From Abditibacteriaceae bacterium (lineage in GTDB: Bacteria > Armatimonadota > Abditibacteriia > Abditibacteriales > Abditibacteriaceae), in the NCBI GenBank assembly GCA_031372065.1, contig JANMKN010000071.1:1-27976 (forward strand): DNA of 27,976 nt, read 5' to 3'. The translations under genes were made by a program, and so were the position numbers. Shown one piece after another: positions 8,448 through 17,104 of the stretch (within the stretch, counting starts at the first letter, position 1; each line of letters begins with the position of its first letter). The notes below the pieces were generated by a model, which was not told the DNA's origin, did no database searches, and worked only from the letters and a program-made list of their open reading frames with translations.

Positions 8448-9899
8448 ATGTCCAAATATGAAATCGTCATCGGCATGGAGGTTCATGCCGAGCTTCTCAC
8501 CGAATCAAAACAATTTTGCGCTTGCCCGAATGTGGCGCTGGCGCCGCCGAACACGGCGGTTTGCCCGGTTTGTCTGGGCTTTCCCGGCTCGCTGCCGGTT
8601 CTCAACGAAAAAAGCGTCGAATTGTCGCTGCGCGCGGTGTTGGCATTCGCGTCGAAAATCAACACCAAATGCATCTTTGAGCGCAAGAATTATTTTTATC
8701 CCGATTTGCCCAAGGCTTATCAAATTTCGCAGCGCCTTTTGCCGCTCGGCGAAGGCGGCTTCATCGAAATTGACCTGCCCAATGGCGATGTGAAGCGCGT
8801 GGGGATGCACGACATTCACATGGAAGAAGACACCGGCAAAAGTCAGCACGGCGAAGCGATTGGCGACCCCGATTCGAGCCTTGTGGACTTTAATCGCAGC
8901 GGCATTCCGCTTTTGGAATTGGTTTCGCTGCCCGATATGCGCTCGATTGAAGAAGCCGAAGCCTACATGATGGCGCTGCGCCAACTTTTGCTTTATTTGG
9001 AAGTTAGCGATTGCAAAATGGAGCAGGGGCGCCTACGTTTTGAGGCCAGCGTTTCGCTGCGTCCGCACGGCCAAAGCGAACTGGGCACGCGCGTCGAAGT
9101 GAAAAATCTCAACTCGATGAAATCGGTTTCCAACAGCCTCAAAGCCGAAATCGCGCGGCAGGAAAAAATTCTCGATTCCGGCGGCGTCGTGCAGCAAATG
9201 ACGATGTTGTGGGACGAAGCCAGCGGCACCACGCAGCCGATGCGCTCCAAAGAACAAGCACACGATTATCGTTATTTCCCCGAACCCGATTTGGTGCCGT
9301 TGGACATTGATGAGGCGTGGCTGGGGCGCGTGCAGGAAGCGATGCCCGAATTGCCGCGCGCCCGAAAAATGCGCTTTCAAGAATCGCTTGGCCTTTCGCC
9401 TTATGATGCCGAAGTTTTAACGACAACGCGCGAAATCGCCGATTATTACGAAAGTGCCATTGATGGCTACGACAAGCCAAAGGCCATCGCCAACTGGCTG
9501 GCGAACGAGCTTTTGGGACGATTGAATGCTGGGGCAAAAACCATTTCCGAATCGCCCGTCGCGCCCAATCAATTACGCGATTTACTGAAACTGATTGATT
9601 CCGGCGCCATTAGCGGCAAGCAGGCCAAAGAAGTCTTCGATGAAATGGTCGCTTCCGGCCAAGACGCGGGTGCGATTGTCAAAGCCAAAGGCATTGAGCA
9701 AATCAGCGATACCGGCGAACTCGAAGCCATTTGCCGCCGCGTTTTGGAAAACAACGCGCAAGCCGTGCAGGACTTTTTGGGCGGCAAGGAAAAATCCTTC
9801 GGTTCGCTGGTCGGCGGCGTGATGAAAGAATCGAAGGGCAAAGCGAACCCGGCGCTTGTGAACACGCTTTTGCGCGAAATTTTGCAAAGCATGAAATAG
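8448..9899 (+). CDS. gatB: Amidotransferase subunit B
   Basis: VIGMEVHAEL, CPVCLGFPGSLP, RKNYFYPDLPKAYQISQ, HMEEDTGK, DYRYFPEPDL and a C-terminal YqeY-like domain. Confidence 0.98.
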   Translation: MSKYEIVIGMEVHAELLTESKQFCACPNVALAPPNTAVCPVCLGFPGSLPVLNEKSVELSLRAVLAFASKINTKCIFERKNYFYPDLPKAYQISQRLLPLGEGGFIEIDLPNGDVKRVGMHDIHMEEDTGKSQHGEAIGDPDSSLVDFNRSGIPLLELVSLPDMRSIEEAEAYMMALRQLLLYLEVSDCKMEQGRLRFEASVSLRPHGQSELGTRVEVKNLNSMKSVSNSLKAEIARQEKILDSGGVVQQMTMLWDEASGTTQPMRSKEQAHDYRYFPEPDLVPLDIDEAWLGRVQEAMPELPRARKMRFQESLGLSPYDAEVLTTTREIADYYESAIDGYDKPKAIANWLANELLGRLNAGAKTISESPVAPNQLRDLLKLIDSGAISGKQAKEVFDEMVASGQDAGAIVKAKGIEQISDTGELEAICRRVLENNAQAVQDFLGGKEKSFGSLVGGVMKESKGKANPALVNTLLREILQSMK

Positions 9900-9902
9900 G
9901 AA

Positions 9903-9998
9903 ATAGAACGCAAATTTACGCGAGTTTTCGCAAATATACGCAAATTTTTCAAAAAGATTTGCGAAAATTCGCGTCACTTTGCGTGATTTGCGTTCTAT
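9903..9998. repeat. Imperfect palindromic element made of about 9-nt CGCAAAT-type units
   Basis: ATAGAACGCAAAT (9903-9915) pairs with ATTTGCGTTCTAT (9986-9998); inner arms 9918-9935 and 9957-9974. Confidence 0.8.
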
Positions 9999-10003
9999 AA
10001 AAA

Positions 10004-10543
10004 ATGATAATTTTGACAGCAGTTGGCCCAGACAGGCCGGGCATGGCTCATGCTTTGGCGCAGATTCTCGCGGATGCGGGCTGCAACCTCGAAGACACCA
10101 CGATGACGCGTTTGGCGGGCGAATTTGCCATGATTCTTATCGTAACGCCGCCGGAAAATTTATCTTTAGAAGAACTACAAGCGCGCCTTGCGCCACTGGA
10201 ACAATCGCACGATTTATTGATTAACAGCCGCTTTATTGCAGGCGAAAATTCTCTGGAAACGCAAGAAGAAAGCGAACAGACGCCGCGTTTTATCGTGTCG
10301 GCTTATGGGGCAGAGCATAGCGGACTTTTGGCAAAACTGACAGGTGTTTTTGCCGAACATAAAGTCAATATTACCGATGTGCAATCGCGTGTGGCTTCGG
10401 CGGGCACGGTTTATGTGATGCTCTTTGAAGTGCAGTTACCGGCCACACTGGATCCTGAAACCTTAAACCGTGACCTGCAAAAAGCCGCGCGGGAAATTGG
10501 TGTCAGCATCAGCTTGCGGCCTTTGGAGGAAGACACCTTATGA
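10004..10543 (+). CDS. Tandem ACT-domain protein (GcvR-like)
   Basis: IILTAVGPDRPGM...GCNLEDTTMTRL and a second ACT repeat (VSAYGAEHSGL...VNITDV). Confidence 0.85.
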   Translation: MIILTAVGPDRPGMAHALAQILADAGCNLEDTTMTRLAGEFAMILIVTPPENLSLEELQARLAPLEQSHDLLINSRFIAGENSLETQEESEQTPRFIVSAYGAEHSGLLAKLTGVFAEHKVNITDVQSRVASAGTVYVMLFEVQLPATLDPETLNRDLQKAAREIGVSISLRPLEEDTL

Positions 10544-11472
10544 AAAATTCGCCCGTTGTCATTTCGCGTCGCATTGCTTCCTTTGTCGCGCTGAGTTTGG
10601 CTGTTTTGCTGCCGATTGGTGCGGCCACAGCCGACAAAACAACACCCCAAAAGTCCGCGCCTGCCGCTGCGCTGCACGTTATGCCGCAAGGCGCCCTCAG
10701 TTTGCAAACGAAAACTTTTCAATTGCCCTCAGGCGAAGTTTTATTGCATCTTTACACCATTCCGGCGGGTCATTCGCCAGAATTGGAATACATCGGCGAG
10801 GCAAAACGCAGCGGGCCGGTCAAACGCGAACATATTACAACCGGGCCTTCGATTCTGCCCTCGCGCTTTTGGCTGGATGTGTTTTCCAAAAACGGCGATT
10901 CGCTAAAACGCATCAACTCGGTGCCATTTATCAAAGATAAAGACGCGCAGGAAATTAATTTGCGTTGGCTGCAACCGGCCAAAAAACAAGGCCCGGTTGT
11001 TATGCTGCATTTTGGTTTCACGCACTGGCACGAATGGGTGCTGATTGCTTTTCCGCAAGGCTTTTCCGGTGATTCCACGGTGCAAGAATTCTTCTGGGGC
11101 GGCGAAGGCGAAAGCGGCGTGATGCAGCGCTTCGACCAAACTGATAAAGCCGGACGTATGATGGTAAAAGAAGAAGAAACAAACGAAGGTCGCACTACAA
11201 AAACCAATTATTACTGGGACGGCGTGGAATTTGGCAATGCAAAAACGCCGTATTTTGTAATCGGCGCGTCGCCCAGAAGCAAAGCCGAAGCGCAGGCATG
11301 GATCGGCAAATATAAGCAAGGCTATGTGCGCCCATCGAGCCATTACAAAAAGCTCAAACCCGGCTATCAAATTGTAGTTTTGAACCGCTTTGCCACACTC
11401 AAAGAAGCCAACGCCTTCGCCGCCGGATGCCGCAAAGAAAAGATTGACTGCTACGTCAAACGCGCCTTCTAA
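10540..11472 (+). CDS. Exported hypothetical protein with a C-terminal SPOR-like domain
   Basis: Signal-peptide-like N-terminus; C-terminal YFVIGAS...YQIVVLNRFATLKEA...CYVKRAF resembles SPOR; ATGA overlap with the upstream gene. Confidence 0.65.
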   Translation: MKNSPVVISRRIASFVALSLAVLLPIGAATADKTTPQKSAPAAALHVMPQGALSLQTKTFQLPSGEVLLHLYTIPAGHSPELEYIGEAKRSGPVKREHITTGPSILPSRFWLDVFSKNGDSLKRINSVPFIKDKDAQEINLRWLQPAKKQGPVVMLHFGFTHWHEWVLIAFPQGFSGDSTVQEFFWGGEGESGVMQRFDQTDKAGRMMVKEEETNEGRTTKTNYYWDGVEFGNAKTPYFVIGASPRSKAEAQAWIGKYKQGYVRPSSHYKKLKPGYQIVVLNRFATLKEANAFAAGCRKEKIDCYVKRAF

Positions 11473-11973
11473 ATGATTCGTCCGGTTTTGCTGGTGCCCG
11501 ATGCGCGCTTGAAAGAAATTTGCGCGCCGGTTGAAAAATTCGACGAATCATTGCACGAATTAGTGCGCGATTTGGACGACACGCGCCGCGATAATGTGGC
11601 GTGTGTGGGCATCGCCGCCCCGCAAATTGGCGCCGTTGTGCGCGTGGCTATTGTGGACACGTCACAGCATAAAAAATTCGGTTCCGACAGCAGGGGCTAT
11701 CACATTCTCATCAACCCCGAAATTATTGAACGGAGCGGCGAACGCTTGGGCCGCGAAGGGTGCCTGTCATTGCCCGATTTCACCGCGAATGTCAAACGCG
11801 CCGCGCAAATCACCTTGCGCTTTCAAGACCTGCAAGGCGCATGGCACGAACTGCAAACCTCCGACTTTGAAGCCGTCGTCGTGCAACACGAAATAGATCA
11901 TCTCGATGGCATTCTCTTTTTAGACCGCGTGGCAAATTTGGCAACCGATGTGTTTCGGAGGAAGGTGAAATGA
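11473..11973 (+). CDS. def: Peptide deformylase
   Basis: Motifs VGIAAPQIG, EGCLS and QHEIDHLDG. Confidence 0.93.
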   Translation: MIRPVLLVPDARLKEICAPVEKFDESLHELVRDLDDTRRDNVACVGIAAPQIGAVVRVAIVDTSQHKKFGSDSRGYHILINPEIIERSGERLGREGCLSLPDFTANVKRAAQITLRFQDLQGAWHELQTSDFEAVVVQHEIDHLDGILFLDRVANLATDVFRRKVK

Positions 11974-12566
11974 TGCGAACTGCGCTGATTTCCGACATCC
12001 ACGGTGATTTATCGCGTTTGCTTGCTGTGTTGGCCGATATTGAAACGCGGTGTTGTGACCGTATTTTCTGTTTGGGCGACGTGGTGAACGGCAGCGATAA
12101 AAATGAGGAGGTCGTGCGGCTTTTAATGCAGCAAAATATCATTTGTGTGCGCGGCAATCACGATGAAAATCCGTCCGTTGTTTTGCAGCGCGAGCTGCGC
12201 GATATTTTACGCGCGTGGCCTGAAGAAATTATCGAAGATGATGTGATTTTCACGCACGCTTCGCCACGCGTGAAAAAACGCAAGGTGAAAACGGACTTTG
12301 ATGTGTGGAATGTCTTCGACGAGACGAAATTTCGTCGTATTTTCATCGGCGACGTGCATATTCCAATGATTTGGGGCGAAAAAGGCGCAGCGCCCGTTTC
12401 GGCTACGCGCTATGAAATCGTTTACGACGAACCATTTTTTCTTGCCCCTAATGACCGCTATTTAATTTGTGTTGGTGCCGTTGGCTATAGCCGCGATAGC
12501 GACCAGAGGGCGCGTTATGTGATTTACGATGACGAGGATGATTGCGTGATTTTTAGAACTGTTTGA
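11970..12566 (+). CDS. Calcineurin-like metallophosphoesterase
   Basis: ISDIHG, LGDVV, RGNHD, HASP and C-terminal GAVG motifs. Confidence 0.88.
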   Translation: MMRTALISDIHGDLSRLLAVLADIETRCCDRIFCLGDVVNGSDKNEEVVRLLMQQNIICVRGNHDENPSVVLQRELRDILRAWPEEIIEDDVIFTHASPRVKKRKVKTDFDVWNVFDETKFRRIFIGDVHIPMIWGEKGAAPVSATRYEIVYDEPFFLAPNDRYLICVGAVGYSRDSDQRARYVIYDDEDDCVIFRTV

Positions 12567-12601
12567 TTTACTGTTTGCGTTATAAGCAATAATGCGCCAA
12601 A

Positions 12602-12865
12602 ATGATGTTTATCATGAAGCAGAGAAGTCCAGAGGAGGAAAAGCTCGTTCGAGCTTTATTGCGTGCTGACCGCCAAAGGAGTCTTCGGTTTGTAACTTCG
12701 CTTGCCATTTGGTCTTTCTTAGCAACGTTATATTTTGGAACGTATGCATGGCAAAGCTACGTGAAACACGAAATCTCCAATGTTGCTCTCATTGCCTTTA
12801 TAACATTTGTATACATTTTCATTCAAAGTGTAAGAATGGTTTTTTTCTTCAAAAACCACTATTAA
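12602..12865 (+). CDS. Small AT-rich two-TM membrane protein
   Basis: 87-aa ORF with two hydrophobic segments; AT-rich relative to its neighbours; start uncertain. Confidence 0.55.
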   Translation: MMFIMKQRSPEEEKLVRALLRADRQRSLRFVTSLAIWSFLATLYFGTYAWQSYVKHEISNVALIAFITFVYIFIQSVRMVFFFKNHY

Positions 12866-12888
12866 AATGTTATGTTTAGGAGCAAAAG

Positions 12889-12926
12889 CGCAAAGGGCAC
12901 AGAGAAAAATCTCTGTGCCCTTTGCG
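12889..12926. repeat. 17-bp perfect hairpin between convergent genes (REP-like or terminator)
   Basis: CGCAAAGGGCACAGAGA-AAAA-TCTCTGTGCCCTTTGCG. Confidence 0.8.
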
Positions 12927-12947
12927 TCTCTGCGGTGAATTTTAAAA

Positions 12948-14102
12948 CTACGCCAGCGAGGTGTATTCCGGCAACGCGCCGCCGATGAGCGGGCGGCACC
13001 AATCGGTGAAGGCGTCGGTGACGTTTGTGCCGTGTTCATTGAGATAATTTTCCGGCAAGAGGCGCGGTGTGCTGGGCACTTGGTCAATGCGCAAGGTGCC
13101 TTCGAGCGAACGATAGCCCTTATCGCCGCGATCCGCATGATGGTCACGTTGCACGACCATTAAGTAGCTGGTGCAACCATCTTCCGAAAGGCGCACGGCC
13201 AGGCTGCCCATGTTGTAGGCTTCGTCGCCATCGGCGCGGGCCAAGGCCGCGAATGTGGCCTGCGCGAGGCTGCCGGGCTTGTCGAGGCGGCCCGCGAGGT
13301 GAAGGCGCTCTTGCAAAATCGGCAGCAAACTGGCGCCGTCCAGCGGCGTGCCGTCGGTGGCTTTGGCGCCTTGCGTGGTAACGACAACAGCATGATCGTA
13401 TTTCAAATAAGCGCGGCGCAATTCGTCTACTAATTGTTCGAGATTGACGGCTTTTTCGGGCACTAAAATGGAATGCGGCGCGGGACGCGATTCTTCACGG
13501 CCCAAAGCCGTGGCGGCGGCGAGCCAGCCACATTGGGCGCCGAGATATTCGATGACAAGCAGCGGCGCTTCACCAGCGGCGGCGGCAAACGAGGCGTCAC
13601 GCGCGGCTCCAGCAGCAAAACGGGCGGCGCTGCCAAAACCCGGCGTGTGATCGCCCGCTTCAACCTCGTTTTCTGCGGAAACCGGCACCACCAAAACACT
13701 TAGGGGATAATTCGCGGCGGACGCGGCATCGGTGAAATAGGCCAATAATTTCACGGCGGGCAAGCCGCCAATCAAAAAAATGGTGCCAATTTCACGCTGT
13801 CGTAAGGCCGCGATTATAGCGGCTTGATCGGCTTCGCCGAGTTCGCGCGGACGGCCTGACAAAACCGAGCCGGGCGTGCGGCGCAAGCCTTCGATGACTT
13901 TGCGCTTTTGCGCGCCCATGTCCACTAATTTCCCGTCGAGCAAGCTGCCCACACCCAAAGGCGCGCCGAAAATATCTAAGAGATGGGTGCCTTGTCCGGC
14001 CTCATCAATAATGCCGGCGATAGTGGAATTAGTAACGGTCGTGGGTGCGCCCGCGACGATAATGAGAGCGTTTTCGCCTTGTTTTGTGCCTTCTTGTGCC
14101 AT
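12948..14102 (-). CDS. Phosphofructokinase-fold (PPi-PFK-like) protein with degenerate active site
   Basis: Scaffold motifs retained (NALII.AGAPTTVTNS, LRRTPGS, DHTPGFGSAAR, GWLAAA, VPE, VTDAFTDWCRPLIG), but GGxD, PKTIDND and MGR are replaced. GGAGG RBS upstream. Confidence 0.85.
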   Translation of the reverse strand: MAQEGTKQGENALIIVAGAPTTVTNSTIAGIIDEAGQGTHLLDIFGAPLGVGSLLDGKLVDMGAQKRKVIEGLRRTPGSVLSGRPRELGEADQAAIIAALRQREIGTIFLIGGLPAVKLLAYFTDAASAANYPLSVLVVPVSAENEVEAGDHTPGFGSAARFAAGAARDASFAAAAGEAPLLVIEYLGAQCGWLAAATALGREESRPAPHSILVPEKAVNLEQLVDELRRAYLKYDHAVVVTTQGAKATDGTPLDGASLLPILQERLHLAGRLDKPGSLAQATFAALARADGDEAYNMGSLAVRLSEDGCTSYLMVVQRDHHADRGDKGYRSLEGTLRIDQVPSTPRLLPENYLNEHGTNVTDAFTDWCRPLIGGALPEYTSLA

Positions 14103-14154
14103 TTTGCAGCCTCCAAAAATCCAGAAAATTTCTTAAATCGTCTCATTCTGAGTA

Positions 14155-14189
14155 AGAAAAAACCGAAGGCGCCTAAGCGCTTTCGGTTT
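14155..14189 (-). terminator. Intrinsic terminator in the leader of the PFK-like gene
   Basis: Minus strand AAACCGAAAGCGC-TTAG-GCGCCTTCGGTTTTTTCT: about 13-bp stem running into a U tract, ending about 55 nt before the start codon. Confidence 0.7.
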
Positions 14190-14297
14190 CAAAATACACG
14201 GCGAGAAGATAAAACTGCGTTTGTTGCCCGTTTTGTTGACCATCTTGTGCCGGGGCGGACTATCAAAAACGATGCGCCGCAGTCACGCACCGCGAAA

Positions 14298-14326
14298 ATC
14301 ATACCACAAGAGACACCACGCTGCAA
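14298..14326 (-). promoter_or_regulatory. Sigma70-type promoter for the PFK-like leader
   Basis: Minus strand TTGCAG-17 nt-TATGAT with an extended -10 TG (TGTGGTATGAT). Confidence 0.65.
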
Positions 14327-14376
14327 TTCAAAACGAAGCGTTTACACTGCATAAAGTCTTGTATAAGGCACAGCAT

Positions 14377-14931
14377 ATGCTCAAACAAAATTTGCGCCAA
14401 CAAATGCGTTTTCTGCGTTTCTCGCTGGCGTTGGAGGAACGCGCAACGGCGGCGGACCAAGTCCAGCAACGCTTGCAGGAACTTTGCCGCGCGCAAAACT
14501 GGAAGGCCTTTGCGGTTTATTTGGCAACGGATGAAGAATTAAATTTAGACGATTTCATCGCATGGCTTTTAGCGCGCGGCATTGTGGTTTATGCGCCACG
14601 CGGCGACAACTTTGCGTTGTTGAGCGCCTTAGAAGCGGTAAATCTCGGAAACTTTGGCGTGCGCGAGCCTCTGGAAGTGTCCCAAAGCGAATTAGTGGCC
14701 GATAATTTGGTTTTTCTGGTGCCGGGTTTGGCTTTTGACAGGCGCGGCGGGCGATTGGGTTTTGGCGGCGGTTGGTATGATCGCGCGCTGGCGCGCTTTC
14801 CTCAAGTCCCAAAAATCGGCGTGGCGTTCGATTTTCAAATCGTGGACGAAGTGCCGCGCGAAGCGCACGATATTTCAATGGATGCCATCGTGACTCCGCA
14901 CTCCGCACTCCAAATTCCGCATTCAAAATGA
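14377..14931 (+). CDS. ygfA: 5-formyltetrahydrofolate cyclo-ligase
   Basis: KQNLRQQM, FGVREP, LVPGLAFDRRGGRLGFGGGWYDR and PREAHDISMDAIVT; ATG 14377 preferred. Confidence 0.92.
   Translation: MLKQNLRQQMRFLRFSLALEERATAADQVQQRLQELCRAQNWKAFAVYLATDEELNLDDFIAWLLARGIVVYAPRGDNFALLSALEAVNLGNFGVREPLEVSQSELVADNLVFLVPGLAFDRRGGRLGFGGGWYDRALARFPQVPKIGVAFDFQIVDEVPREAHDISMDAIVTPHSALQIPHSK
14893..14927 (+). repeat. Five heptamer repeats (A[C/T]TCCGC) forming the last codons of ygfA
   Basis: ACTCCGC ACTCCGC ACTCCAA ATTCCGC ATTCAAA. Confidence 0.75.
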
Positions 14932-15944
14932 ACGCTCTTCTTGAACCATTGCCAGAACAAGTGCGGCCTTATTTGCAAGGTCATCCGCGTGGGCAATGGC
15001 TGGCGCATTTTGGGTGGAAGTTCGTCACTAAATGGTCGGAAGATCAATGTGCGCTTTACGCGGCGGCGCTGGCGTTTTTCGGACTGCTATCGCTTTTTCC
15101 CGTGACGATTGCGGCCATTGTGCTGCTGGCGAAATTTTTAGCTGGCAATCCCAAAGTTGTCGCCACAGTGCAGACTGGTTTGCAACACTGGGTTCAAGGT
15201 TTTTTTCCCGGCGCGGCGGGCAACGAAATCTCGCAAGAACTGGCCCATGTGGTGACGGGGTTGGCCGGGCGCAGCGATGCGGCAGCCGTGGGTTTGTTGG
15301 CTGTTGTGCCCTTGTTGTGGAGTGGGCGCGCTTATTTCGATACTTTGGCGGTGGTTCTCAACAATGTGTGGCCCCAAACCACGCAGCGCTCCTTTTGGGG
15401 CCACCAATTGGTGTTGTGGAGCACTTTTTTGGGCGCGGGCGCGCTGTGGCTGCTTTCGACTTTCGCCACGTTCGCTTTGCAAATTGTGCGCGGCTTGGGC
15501 GATTATCTGCCTTCGATTATTGGCTCGCAGTTGCAGGGAATTTCGTTTTACGACAGCTTCGGGCGTTTTATCGCGTGGCTGCTGACGGTTTTGATGTTCT
15601 GGATGATTTATCGTTTTTTGCCCAATCGCCAGACTCACCAAGCGCGTCGCGTCGTGCTGTTTGCCGCTTTGATGGCCGCTTTGCTTTGGGAATTTGCCAA
15701 ATGGGTTTTCAGTGCCTTTTTGGGCAATTTAGGACGCTATGAAACCACTTATGGCAGCGTGGCCGGCGTCGTTTTGACGCTGCTATGGATTTACTTTTCG
15801 TCGCAAATTATTTTGGCGGGCGCCGAAGCCGCCGCTGCTTTTGAATCAACCTGCGCCGCCGCGCGCAGTCACAACCATTCGCATGAATCAACAACCGAAC
15901 AACCAACAACCGATTTGGAATCCTGCGGGCACGACACCGCCTGA
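14928..15944 (+). CDS. YihY/BrkB-family inner membrane protein
   Basis: AAALAFFGLLSLFP, IYRFLPN and YETTYGSVAGVVLTLLWIY. Confidence 0.9.
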   Translation: MNALLEPLPEQVRPYLQGHPRGQWLAHFGWKFVTKWSEDQCALYAAALAFFGLLSLFPVTIAAIVLLAKFLAGNPKVVATVQTGLQHWVQGFFPGAAGNEISQELAHVVTGLAGRSDAAAVGLLAVVPLLWSGRAYFDTLAVVLNNVWPQTTQRSFWGHQLVLWSTFLGAGALWLLSTFATFALQIVRGLGDYLPSIIGSQLQGISFYDSFGRFIAWLLTVLMFWMIYRFLPNRQTHQARRVVLFAALMAALLWEFAKWVFSAFLGNLGRYETTYGSVAGVVLTLLWIYFSSQIILAGAEAAAAFESTCAAARSHNHSHESTTEQPTTDLESCGHDTA

Positions 15945-17103
15945 CGAAGTAGGCGCGACAAACTCTGACGCCGCCTCGCAAGACAATCCATTTGCTGCTG
16001 ACCAATCCATAAATGCGTCTCCCGAACGCATACCAGCAAGTTACGCAATCGCCCCCGCTCTGGGGGAAGCCTCCCCCGCTCTGGGGGAAGCCTCCCCCGC
16101 GACGGGGGCGTCTTCTCAAGTGACTTTCGAGGCTTCCCACTTACCGAATGCAGCCGAAATTGGCGGCACTAACGCGTTTCATGGGAGCGACGAATCGGCA
16201 GCATTGCCTGCCGATTCATCCCGTAGCATGGCTGCCACAACGCCAGTTAGCGCGCCGCGCGAAAAATCGAATTTAGTGGCGCGCGTGATAACGGCGCTGA
16301 TTGGCATTCCGCTTGTCGCGCTGTTGGTGTGGCGCGCGGACTCTGCTGTTTTCAATGGCGTCATCGGCTTTTTAGCCTTATTCAGCTTGCGCGAATTAAG
16401 CAAAGCCTTGCGCGCTGCCGGAACGCCTCTGGTGAGTTCATTGGCGTATCCGGCGTTGCTCGCGCTGCTTTTGGTGCAGCCTTTAACGGTGGCGCATCCC
16501 CGTTTGGGAGGCATGATTATCTGGCTGCTGCCGTTTTTGCTGATGGTTTTGCTGCTCATCAGTGGCGTGCAGCGTTATCCAACGGATAAACGCGTTTCAC
16601 TGCAAAGTTTGGCCTTGACTTTGTTTGCCACGCTTTATGTCGGCTTGTTTGTATTTTTTATTTTGCTGCGTTCGCTCCGCTTATCGCCGTTTGAGGATCC
16701 ACCATTGGGCACCCTATTGATGTGGCTGACCGTTGTTTCCGTATGGTCGGGCGACATCGTGGCCTATTTTGCGGGTCGCAAATTCGGACGCGATAAATTG
16801 ACGCCGCTTTCGCCCGGCAAAACGTGGGAAGGCGCCATTGCTGGCTTGGTGGCGACAATGGTGGTGAGCGTTTCGGTGGCGCGTCAGTTGCAAATCGAAT
16901 TGCAGCATGGCTTGGCGTGTGGCATTTTGATTTCGTTGGCCGCGCCGCTCGGCGATTTGGCCGAATCGTTTTGGAAACGCGAGTTGCAAATCAAAGATAG
17001 CGGCGGCGTTTTGCCCGGTCACGGCGGCATTTTAGATCGCTGCGATTCGCTGCTTTTTGCCGCCTTTGCCGTTTATCTTTACGCGCTGATTTTTATTATG
17101 TAA
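15883..17103 (+). CDS. cdsA: Phosphatidate cytidylyltransferase with a long low-complexity N-terminal extension
   Basis: RVITALIG, DIVAYFAGRKFG, LSPGKTWEG and ESFWKRELQIKDSGGVLPGHGGILDRCDS. Start uncertain (ATG 15883 or a later ATG). Confidence 0.9.
   Translation: MNQQPNNQQPIWNPAGTTPPDEVGATNSDAASQDNPFAADQSINASPERIPASYAIAPALGEASPALGEASPATGASSQVTFEASHLPNAAEIGGTNAFHGSDESAALPADSSRSMAATTPVSAPREKSNLVARVITALIGIPLVALLVWRADSAVFNGVIGFLALFSLRELSKALRAAGTPLVSSLAYPALLALLLVQPLTVAHPRLGGMIIWLLPFLLMVLLLISGVQRYPTDKRVSLQSLALTLFATLYVGLFVFFILLRSLRLSPFEDPPLGTLLMWLTVVSVWSGDIVAYFAGRKFGRDKLTPLSPGKTWEGAIAGLVATMVVSVSVARQLQIELQHGLACGILISLAAPLGDLAESFWKRELQIKDSGGVLPGHGGILDRCDSLLFAAFAVYLYALIFIM
16052..16109 (+). repeat. 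In-frame 21-bp tandem repeat of C5/G5 mini-hairpins
   Basis: CCCCCGCTCTGGGGGAAGCCT twice, plus CCCCCGCGACGGGGGC; encodes PALGEAS repeats. Confidence 0.85.
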
Positions 17104-17104
17104 T

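Noticed and set aside
14213..14292. ZTP (pfl) riboswitch
   Set aside because: CGTGACTG and GCCCCGGCA are reminiscent, but the GACTGGCG/CGCCTGGGC pseudoknot consensus and the GGGAG junction are absent.
14103..14376. 6S RNA (ssrS), often found upstream of ygfA
   Set aside because: No long self-complementary rod with a central bubble is visible on the plus strand; the signals point to a minus-strand leader instead.
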